A stretch of DNA of 32,000 nt from Phycisphaera mikurensis NBRC 102666 (GTDB taxonomy: Bacteria > Planctomycetota > Phycisphaerae > Phycisphaerales > Phycisphaeraceae). The notes beneath the pieces are model-generated. The model saw only the letters and a program-made list of their open reading frames with translations. It was not told where the DNA came from and searched no databases. Each line of letters begins with the position of its first letter. The first letter of the stretch is position 1. The DNA is taken from contig NC_017080.1 in the NCBI RefSeq assembly GCF_000284115.1, forward strand, positions 2,850,001 through 2,882,000, written 5' to 3'. Below, piece by piece: positions 15,565 to 22,430 of the stretch. The position numbers and the translations under genes were made by a program.

Positions 15565-15607
15565 CCCGCTTGCGGGCGAGGGCGCGCACGATAGACTCTC
15601 GCACCCC

Positions 15608-15682
15608 GCTCCCGTCGTCTAGTCAGGTCTAGGACACCTGGTTTTCATCCAGGCGACACGGGTTCGAATCCCGTCGGGAGTA
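15608..15682 (+). tRNA. tRNA-Glu (anticodon UUC)
   Basis: Hand-folded cloverleaf. Acceptor GCTCCCG/CGGGAGT (G1-U72 wobble), D arm GTCT...GGAC, anticodon arm CCTGG-TTTTCAT-CCAGG, T arm ACGGG-TTCGAAT-CCCGT. 75 nt; no CCA is encoded. Confidence 0.9.
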
Positions 15683-15783
15683 TCCAGCGGGCGGCTCGTC
15701 GGAGTCTTCCCGCCGCCGTTCCCGAACGGCACACCGGGCGTCGCGCCAGCGGCCCCACCCGCTGGCCCGCCAGCAACCCCACT

Positions 15784-15857
<74 letters not shown>

Positions 15858-15863
15858 TGAAGC

Positions 15864-15890
15864 AAAACCCCGGCCAGCGGCCGGGGTTTT
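15864..15890 (+). terminator. Intrinsic (bidirectional-type) terminator after tRNA-Pro
   Basis: AAAA-CCCCGGCC-AGC-GGCCGGGG-TTTT: an 8-bp GC stem with a 3-nt loop, flanked by an A-run and a T-run, starting 7 nt after the tRNA. Confidence 0.75.
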
Positions 15891-15922
15891 GTTCATCGCG
15901 TTCCTCCAGGCGGCGCAGCCGC

Positions 15923-15961
15923 AACCCCGGCCAGCGGCCGGGATTTTGTTCATCGCGTTCC
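15923..15961. repeat. Second copy of the terminator module (57-bp tandem duplication of 15866-15904)
   Basis: aaccccggccagcggccggg[g/a]ttttgttcatcgcgttcc occurs at 15866 and again at 15923, with one mismatch. Confidence 0.85.
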
Positions 15962-16028
15962 GCGCGTGAGCCGGACGCGGAGATCCCACTCGATTGCGGG
16001 CTCGGGTGGCCTCGGATCCCTTGAGCTT

Positions 16029-16088
16029 CTACATCGACGGAGTCGATGAGCCACCTGGGCGGGTGGCTCATCCACTCCGTGGATGTGG
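16029..16088. repeat. 60-nt imperfect palindrome (about 25 bp of stem, 6-nt loop); its left arm recurs at 16168-16200
   Basis: ctacatc-g-acggagt-c-gatgagccacc tgggcg ggtggctcatc-c-actccgt-g-gatgtgg. The stem is 11 + 7 + 7 bp, with C.C and G.G mismatches and one G.U pair. A half copy, ctacatcgacggGgtcgGtgagccacc, starts at 16168. Confidence 0.8.
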
Positions 16089-16258
16089 CGGCTGAGGCGG
16101 ACGGATGAGCGGGAGCGGGAAACCACGCCCGGTCGCGGCTTCGGGCTGTCTGCGTCGCAGTCAGCCTCTACATCGACGGGGTCGGTGAGCCACCCGCGGG
16201 GCGGCGGCACAGGCGAGGCGGGACCTGCGGGACGGGCCTGCTAGCTTTGCCCGTCCAC

Positions 16259-17899
16259 ATGAATTCCTCGAAACGCCGGGTTGAACTGTACGACACGACA
16301 CTGCGGGACGGGACGCAGGGCGCCGGCGTCTCCCTGTCCCTCGTGGACAAGATCGAGCTCACCCGGCTGCTCGACCAGGCCGGCTTCGACTACGTCGAGG
16401 GCGGCTACCCGCTGTCCAACCCCAAGGACGCCGCCTACTTCGAGAAGGTCCGCGGCCTGGCGCTGCGTCACGCGAAGGTGGTTGCCTTCGGCATGACCCG
16501 CCGCCGCGGCGTCGCCGCGGCCGAGGACGAGGGCATGCGCGCCCTCGTCGCCGCCGGCACGCCGGTCATCGCCATCGTCGGCAAGACGTGGGACCTCCAC
16601 GTGAAGGAGGTGCTCCGCGTGAGCGAGGAGGAGAACCTCGCGATGATCGAGGACTCGGTCCGCCACTGCGTGGAAGCGCCCGGCGTGGAGGCCGTCTTCT
16701 ACGACGCCGAGCACTTCTTCGACGGCTGGAACGCCAACCGGGCTTACGCCCTCGAGACGCTGCGGGCGGCCGCCCGGGGCGGCGCCTCCCGGCTGGTGCT
16801 CTGCGACACCAACGGCGGTTCGCTCCCCGGCTTCATCGCCGAAGCGGTCGCCGCGGCCGAGGAGGCCGTCGCCGCCGAATTTCCGGGCCTCCGCGGCGGT
16901 GTCGCCATCCACCCGCACAACGACGCCGGCCTCGCCGTCGCCAACGCGCTCTCCGCCGTGGCCGCCGGCGCCGTGCAGGTCCAGGGCACCATCAACGGCA
17001 TCGGCGAGCGGTGCGGCAACGTCGACCTCATCACCGTCGCGGCCAACCTCGTCTTCAAGCTCGGCCACGACTGCCTCCGCCCCGGCGCCCTCGCCGGCCT
17101 GCGGACGCTCTCCCGCGCGGTCGACGCCCGCGCCCAGCTCGCCCCGCAGCCCGGGCAGCCGTGGGTCGGCGACAACGCCTTCACGCACAAAGGCGGCATG
17201 CACGTGCACGCCGTCCAGCGGATCGCCCACAGCTACGAGCACGCCGACCCCGCCAGCGTCGGCAACCAGCGCCGCATCCTGGTCAGCGAGCTCTCGGGCG
17301 CCAGCAACATCGCCGCGACGCTTGGCGCCCGCCTGGGCATCGACGCCGACCGCCCGCTGCAGCGGCAGCTGCTGGAGCGCGTGCAGGACCTCGAGCACGC
17401 CGGCTACCAGTTCGAGAACGCGCAGGCCTCGCTCGAGCTGCTGGCCCGCGGGCTCATGGGCCAGCGCGTGGACTTCTGGACGCTCGACCACTACCGCTGC
17501 ATCATCCACCGGCGCGGCGGCCGGGCGGGCGGCCCCCCCGGCGGCATCAACACCGAAGCCGTTGTCCGGATGACGATCGACGGCGTGGAGGAGCACCGCG
17601 TCGCCGGCGGCGACGGCCCGATCAACGCGCTCGACGGGGCACTCCGCAAGTGCCTCCGCGACCACCACCCCGGCATCGACCGCCTGCACCTGGCGGACTT
17701 CTCCGTCCGGGCCGTCAACCCCACGGCCGAGAGCGCCGCGAAGGTCCGCGTGGTGATCCGCTTCGACGTCCGCGGGGGCGGCGACGACGCGTCCTTCGGC
17801 ACGACCGGCGTCAACGAGAACATCGTGGATGCGTGCTTTGAAGCGCTCTCGGACGCGTTCCGGCACTTCCTCGCCGATCAGGCCTCGCGCCCGGCCTGA
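16259..17899 (+). CDS. cimA: Citramalate synthase / 2-isopropylmalate synthase family protein (CimA-like)
   Basis: ATG 16259 (the track ORF begins at TTG 16247). VELYDTTLRDGTQGAGVSLSLVDKIELTRLLDQAGFDYVEGGYPLSNPKDAAYFEKV matches the CimA-type N-terminus. HPHNDAGLAVANAL metal-site motif and a C-terminal LeuA-dimer-like domain are present. The CimA versus LeuA assignment is by pattern only. Confidence 0.8.
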   Translation: MNSSKRRVELYDTTLRDGTQGAGVSLSLVDKIELTRLLDQAGFDYVEGGYPLSNPKDAAYFEKVRGLALRHAKVVAFGMTRRRGVAAAEDEGMRALVAAGTPVIAIVGKTWDLHVKEVLRVSEEENLAMIEDSVRHCVEAPGVEAVFYDAEHFFDGWNANRAYALETLRAAARGGASRLVLCDTNGGSLPGFIAEAVAAAEEAVAAEFPGLRGGVAIHPHNDAGLAVANALSAVAAGAVQVQGTINGIGERCGNVDLITVAANLVFKLGHDCLRPGALAGLRTLSRAVDARAQLAPQPGQPWVGDNAFTHKGGMHVHAVQRIAHSYEHADPASVGNQRRILVSELSGASNIAATLGARLGIDADRPLQRQLLERVQDLEHAGYQFENAQASLELLARGLMGQRVDFWTLDHYRCIIHRRGGRAGGPPGGINTEAVVRMTIDGVEEHRVAGGDGPINALDGALRKCLRDHHPGIDRLHLADFSVRAVNPTAESAAKVRVVIRFDVRGGGDDASFGTTGVNENIVDACFEALSDAFRHFLADQASRPA

Positions 17900-18112
17900 C
17901 GGGCCGCCCGCTCGCGCCGCCGCGCATGCCCGGAGGGGGGCTGATGCAACGCCCACACCCACCCCTGGCGGCCGCGGTCCCCGGGTGCCACGCCCGCCCG
18001 GAGGCGGGTTCCGCCCCCGCCGCGGGTCTTCGCCTCTTTGCACAAGCGACCGCTTCGGCGCATCGGGGAAGAGCCGGACCCCCTTTCGCCGGCGGCGCGG
18101 CGCCCCTGGGCC

Positions 18113-18631
18113 TCAGCCCGCCGCGTTCACCAGGTCCGCGATCGCGCGGCGGTTGGCCAGCCGGTCCAGCCGGGTCATCTTGTCGAGGATCATCACGCCG
18201 TCGAGGTGGTCGCACTCGTGCTGCCAGACGCGCGCGGGGAAGCCCGAGGCCGTCCGCTGGAACGCTTCACCGTCCAGGCCCACCGCGCGGATCGTCACTT
18301 CCCGCGGCCGCGTCACCTCCACCTGCACCTCCGGCAGCGACAGGCAGCCCTCCTCCTTCGCCGCGGTCGCGGCGCTCGCGTCGCTGAGGACCGGGTTGAA
18401 GAAGACGTGGTCGTCGCCCTCATCGCCCGACCAGTTCGCCACGAACAGCCGCCAGGGCAAGCCCACCTGCGGCGCCGCGAGGCCCACGCCGGGAGCGGCG
18501 TGCATGAGCTCGATCATCCGGCGGGCCACCGCCCGCGCCTCCTCGCCGGCCGCGTCGACCGGCCTGCAGCGTTCCCTCAGCACCGGATCGGGGTGGTGGC
18601 GGATCGTCAGGCTGTCGAGGTCCACGCCCAT
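18113..18631 (-). CDS. def: Peptide deformylase
   Basis: All three signature motifs are present: GVGLAAPQ, EGCLSLP and HECDHLDG. I prefer ATG 18631 (MGVDLDSLTIRHHPDPVL) over the track start at 18691. Confidence 0.9.
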   Translation of the reverse strand: MGVDLDSLTIRHHPDPVLRERCRPVDAAGEEARAVARRMIELMHAAPGVGLAAPQVGLPWRLFVANWSGDEGDDHVFFNPVLSDASAATAAKEEGCLSLPEVQVEVTRPREVTIRAVGLDGEAFQRTASGFPARVWQHECDHLDGVMILDKMTRLDRLANRRAIADLVNAAG

Positions 18632-18720
18632 GCCCGGAATGATATGCCCTGTCTTATGCTCTCCGGATCGGGCATTACCCTGCCGCCGCACGTCACCCGG
18701 GGGGGGATACGGAGCACCTC

Positions 18721-19101
18721 ATGAGCACGGTAACGAAGAAGGAGTTGATCGAACACATTGCGCAAGCCACCAACCACAAGCGGGTGATCGTCAAGCAGGT
18801 GGTGCAGGAGTTCCTCGACCAGGTGATCGTGGAGCTCGGGCAGGACAACCGCCTCGAGTTCCGGGACTTCGGCGTCTTCGAGGTGAAGCTGCGACAGCCG
18901 CGGATGGCGCAGAACCCCAAGACGCTCGAGCCGGTTTGGGTGCCCGCCAAGCGGAGCGTCCGCTTCAAGACCGGGCGCCAGATGCGGCACGTGCTCGCGG
19001 AGCGGGACGCCGCCGACGCGCCCCCGGGCGGCGGTGCCGACCACGACGGAGCCGGCGTCGGGGGGGACCGATCCGGTGGCGGGTCGGCCTCGACCGCTTG
19101 A
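18721..19101 (+). CDS. HU/IHF-family DNA-binding protein with a Gly/Ala/Asp-rich tail
   Basis: MSTVTKKELIEHIAQATNHKRVIVKQVVQEFLDQVIVELGQDNRLEFRDFGVFEVKLRQPRMAQNPKTLEPVWVPAKRSVRFKTGRQM is a typical HU/IHF fold sequence. GGAG lies upstream of the ATG. Confidence 0.85.
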   Translation: MSTVTKKELIEHIAQATNHKRVIVKQVVQEFLDQVIVELGQDNRLEFRDFGVFEVKLRQPRMAQNPKTLEPVWVPAKRSVRFKTGRQMRHVLAERDAADAPPGGGADHDGAGVGGDRSGGGSASTA

Positions 19102-20330
19102 ACTACGGCCCCTCCAGCCGCGGGGGGCCGCCGGGCCTCGCCGAAGCGGCGGCGGCCGAGCTCGCGGCGCTGCCCGCGGACGGCCGCCGCGCTTTGCCGG
19201 CGTGGCGCCGCCGCGGGCGCTTCGCACGCCGAGCCTCCGCCCCCTCCGCAACGCCCGGCGGGCCGGGGGAGCGCCGCCTCCTGCTGGACCTCTCCTCCAA
19301 CGACTACCTCGGCCTCTCGACGCACCCGCGGGTGGTCGCCGCCGCGGTCGCCGCCACCGGTCGCCACGGCGTCGGGGGGGGCAGCAGCCGCCTGATCGCC
19401 GGAGGCGGCCCCGTCCACGCGGCGCTGGAGGCCTCCTTCGCCGCCTTCAAGCACGCCGAGGCCGCCGTCCTGCTGCCCACCGGCTACCACGCGAACCTCG
19501 CGCTGCTCGGCTGCCTCGCCGGCCCCGGCGACTTGGTCCTCCAGGACAAGCGCAACCACGCGAGCCTGCTCGACGCCGGCAGGCTGTGCGGCGCCGACGG
19601 GCGCCGCTGGCCCCACGGCCGGCTCGACCGCCTCGCCGCCCTGCTGCGCGCCGGCGCCGGCGCCCGCCGCCGGATCGTCGTCACCGACAGCGTCTTCTCG
19701 ATGGACGGCGACTGCGCCGACCTCCCCGCGCTCTGCGACCTCTGCGAGGCCCACGGCGCGTGGCTCGTCGTCGACGAGGCGCACGCAACCGGCGTGCTCG
19801 GCGCCGGGGGCGCCGGCCTCGCCGAGCACCAGGGCGTGACGGAGCGCGTCGCCGCCACCGTTTCCACGGCGAGCAAAGCCCTCGGCTCGCTCGGCGGCCT
19901 GGTCAGCGGCCCGCGGCCGCTGATCGACCTGCTCGCCAACCGGGCCCGCCCGCTCATCTACACCACCGCCGCTCCGCCCGGCGTCGCCGCCGCGATCGCC
20001 GCCGCCGTCGCCGTCGTCCGCGACGAGCCGCACCGCCGCCACCGCCTCGCAGCCATCTCCGCCCGCCTCCGCCGCGGGCTCGCCGCCGCCGGCTGGCCCG
20101 TCGCGATGGACCCGACGCCCATCCTCCCGCTTCCCTGCGGCACCAACGCCGCCGCCCTCGCGCTCTCGCGACGCCTGCGGTCCGCCGGCTTCCTCGCCCC
20201 CGCGATCCGCCCCCCCACCGTCCCCCCCGGAACCGCCCGGGTGCGCCTCAGCCTCCGCTGCGACCTGCTCGACGCCGAACTCGACCGCCTGCGGGCCGCC
20301 ATCGGCGCGCCGCCGCAAGCCGTCTCGTGA
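19098..20330 (+). CDS. bioF: 8-amino-7-oxononanoate synthase (alpha-oxoamine synthase family)
   Basis: 3' part of track ORF 17829..20330. Motifs SSNDYLGLS, DEAHATG and the PLP-lysine context TASKALGSLGG. The start is uncertain: TTG 19098 overlaps the HU stop (TTGA) and is the first plausible start upstream of the conserved region. Confidence 0.72.
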   Translation: MNYGPSSRGGPPGLAEAAAAELAALPADGRRALPAWRRRGRFARRASAPSATPGGPGERRLLLDLSSNDYLGLSTHPRVVAAAVAATGRHGVGGGSSRLIAGGGPVHAALEASFAAFKHAEAAVLLPTGYHANLALLGCLAGPGDLVLQDKRNHASLLDAGRLCGADGRRWPHGRLDRLAALLRAGAGARRRIVVTDSVFSMDGDCADLPALCDLCEAHGAWLVVDEAHATGVLGAGGAGLAEHQGVTERVAATVSTASKALGSLGGLVSGPRPLIDLLANRARPLIYTTAAPPGVAAAIAAAVAVVRDEPHRRHRLAAISARLRRGLAAAGWPVAMDPTPILPLPCGTNAAALALSRRLRSAGFLAPAIRPPTVPPGTARVRLSLRCDLLDAELDRLRAAIGAPPQAVS

Positions 20331-20338
20331 AGCCGGGC

Positions 20339-20384
20339 CCGCGGACCGCCGGATCCGAGGGCGGGGCGTGGCCGCGATCCGCTG
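20339..20384. repeat. 46-bp palindromic element, degenerate copy E
   Basis: A perfect left arm at 20339-20348, beginning 9 nt after the bioF stop. The spacer is 26 nt. The right arm cgAtccgcTg matches 8 of 10 positions. Confidence 0.6.
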
Positions 20385-20552
20385 AAGCCCGGATCCGCGG
20401 AGCCGATCGGCTTCGAGATCACACCGCCGAGGGTCCGGCGGAGCGACGGCCTGCCCGCAGCCAGGGCAACCGTGGACGCGTGGGCACCCGGCCGCCCGCC
20501 GCAGAGAATTTTTCGCAACGGGTGGACGGGATCTTGCGGAGCTCTAGCGTCC

Positions 20553-20592
20553 CGGCGGCCCGGGCGTCGCAGCTCCGACGCCCGGGCCGCCG
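20553..20592 (+). promoter_or_regulatory. Perfect 17-bp inverted repeat (stem-loop) in the Mn-catalase leader
   Basis: CGGCGGCCCGGGCGTCG-cagctc-CGACGCCCGGGCCGCCG. It ends 36 nt upstream of ATG 20628 and sits downstream of the locally AT-rich stretch agagaatttttcgcaa. Confidence 0.6.
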
Positions 20593-20627
20593 ACCTCTCT
20601 TCCCACCCGAAACCAAGGCTCCCAGCG

Positions 20628-21557
20628 ATGTTTTATCAGGACGACAAGCTCCAGTACGAGGTCAAGTGCGGCAAGCCGGACCCCCGCTTCGCCGTGCTGC
20701 TCCAGCAGGCGATCGGTGGCGTGGAGGGCGAGATCCGCGTCGCGATGCAGTACATGTTCCAGGCCTTCGGCGCGCAGGGGCCCAAGAAGTACCGCGACAT
20801 GCTGATGGAGACGGCGGCCGAGGAGCTGGGTCACATCGAGATGCTCGCCCACGCGGTGGCCCTCAACTTGAAGGGCGCCCCCACGAAGCTCACCGACGAG
20901 ATGGCCGCCAAGGACGGGGCGGTCGCCGCCGCGCTCGGCGGCATGAGCCCGAGGCAGTACCTCTCCACGGGCCTGCACGCGCTGCCGCAGGACAGCCAGG
21001 GCACGCCCTTCGACGCGAGCCACGTCTACGCGAGCGGCAACATCGCGGCGGACATGCTCGCCAACGTCGTCGCCGAGAGCACCGGCCGGGCGCTGGCCTG
21101 CCGCCTGCACCACGCGGCGAACTGCAGCGACATGAAGGACATGCTGAAGTACCTGATCGCCCGCGACACGATGCACCAGAATCAGTGGCTCGCGGCGTGG
21201 GAGGAGCTCGGCGGCGTCAAGCAGCATCCGATCCCGGACACATTCCCGATGGATGAGGAGATGCGGGAGGTCTCGTACAAGTTCCTCGGCTTCAAGAAGG
21301 ATGGCGGCCCGCCGCCGCGGGGCCGATGGAGCGAGGGCGAGTCCATCGACGGCAAGGGCGAGTTCAGCAGCGAGGTCTGGGAACCCCGCGGCCAGACGCC
21401 CGACCTGGGGATGGCGCCGCCGGCGGCCTACGCGCAGACGAGCCAGACCGAGGCCTCCGCGAAGTCCGTCGCCAAGGGTGTGAAGAAGGCGGTCAAGAAC
21501 GCCGTGACGCCGGACCCCAAGAAGAAGAGCCGGGCGTCGAAGAAGAAGACGACCTGA
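20628..21557 (+). CDS. Manganese (non-haem) catalase
   Basis: MFYQDDKLQYEVKCGKPDPRFAVLLQQAIGGVEGEIRVAMQYMFQAFG...AAEELGHIEMLAHAV is the Mn-catalase di-metal four-helix signature. The tail is Lys-rich. Confidence 0.9.
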   Translation: MFYQDDKLQYEVKCGKPDPRFAVLLQQAIGGVEGEIRVAMQYMFQAFGAQGPKKYRDMLMETAAEELGHIEMLAHAVALNLKGAPTKLTDEMAAKDGAVAAALGGMSPRQYLSTGLHALPQDSQGTPFDASHVYASGNIAADMLANVVAESTGRALACRLHHAANCSDMKDMLKYLIARDTMHQNQWLAAWEELGGVKQHPIPDTFPMDEEMREVSYKFLGFKKDGGPPPRGRWSEGESIDGKGEFSSEVWEPRGQTPDLGMAPPAAYAQTSQTEASAKSVAKGVKKAVKNAVTPDPKKKSRASKKKTT

Positions 21558-21652
21558 TCGCCATCAAGCCGTGGCGGCCGCACAACGGCGGCCGGCCCCG
21601 CTTCTGCGCCCGCGGACGTCGCGGGCCCCGCACTTTCCGCCTGGACTTCATC

Positions 21653-22240
21653 ATGAACTCCGAAACCACGCACACGCTTCCTGGCACGCCCACCTCCACC
21701 CGGCGCAGGGTCGTGCTCGCCGCCGGCGCCGCGCTGCCCCTCGCCGCCGCCGGCCTTGCCGCCGCGCAGATGGACGCCGTCAAGCAGAAGGCCGACGAGA
21801 TGATGCACGGCGGCAAGAAGCGGCCCGGTGATGCCGTGAAGCGGGCCGGCGAGCTGGGCACCTTCTCCATGAGGGCGAGCGAGACGATGCGCACGAAAGC
21901 CTCCGACGCGTCGCTGAAGGAGTTCGCGAAGCTCGAGGCCGAGGAGCAGAAGACCGTCGCCGAGATCATGTCGGCGAACTTCGACCTGGGTTCACCGGAG
22001 TTCTCCGCCGAGCACCGCAAGAAGCTCGACGAGATGAAGTCCATGTCCTCCGGCCCGGAGCTGGATGAGATGTACCTGTCCGTCCAGATGGACGGCCACC
22101 AGAAGCTGCTCGACCTGCACGAGCAGCTGTCCGCGTCGGGTTCGCTGACCGAGGCGCCGACCGCGGCGTCGGCGCTGGCCGTCTGTGCCATCGAGTCGCA
22201 CCTCGCGATGCTGGAGATGATCCGGAAGCAGATGGGCTGA
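21653..22240 (+). CDS. Tat-signal DUF4142-like protein (ferritin-like four-helix family)
   Basis: ATG 21653. Twin-arginine-like leader TSTRRRVVLAAGAALPLAAAGLAAA. Pattern ...LKEFAKLEAEEQKTV...ELDEMYLSVQMDGHQKLLDLHE resembles DUF4142 (FD..Y...mv.dH.k.l). Confidence 0.65.
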   Translation: MNSETTHTLPGTPTSTRRRVVLAAGAALPLAAAGLAAAQMDAVKQKADEMMHGGKKRPGDAVKRAGELGTFSMRASETMRTKASDASLKEFAKLEAEEQKTVAEIMSANFDLGSPEFSAEHRKKLDEMKSMSSGPELDEMYLSVQMDGHQKLLDLHEQLSASGSLTEAPTAASALAVCAIESHLAMLEMIRKQMG

Positions 22241-22316
22241 GCGGGGGCGGTCGGGGCGGCGGGGGCAGAGGCGGCGAAGGCTTCGAGCGCCGGGGAGCAG
22301 GACGACGCGGAAGCGG

Positions 22317-22362
22317 CCGCGGACCGAGGGCCGGGGCGTGCCGAACAGGCCGCGGTCCGCGG
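22317..22362. repeat. 46-bp palindromic element, copy D
   Basis: Arms at 22317-22326 and 22353-22362, with a 26-nt spacer. It lies 77 nt after the DUF4142 gene stop, is followed by ATTTT, and contains the GTG (22338) used by the ORF track. Confidence 0.85.
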
Positions 22363-22430
22363 ATTTTCGCGCGCTCGATGATCCCCGCTTCCACGGTGCA
22401 GCCGCTGCCCCCTTCTTTAGTCTCCCGCTC

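Noticed and set aside
18632-18720. A short inverted repeat (ATGCCC...GGGCAT) in the def/HU divergent promoter region as an operator
   Set aside because: It has only 6 bp arms. Such a match is expected by chance, and no further support is available from the sequence.
16241-20318. Long minus-strand ORFs 16241..18043 (600 aa) and 18693..20318 (541 aa), and plus-strand ORFs 17829..19097 and 19034..21256
   Set aside because: They are antisense or out-of-frame shadows of cimA, bioF, def and the catalase, with no motifs and extreme Arg/Gly/Ala content.
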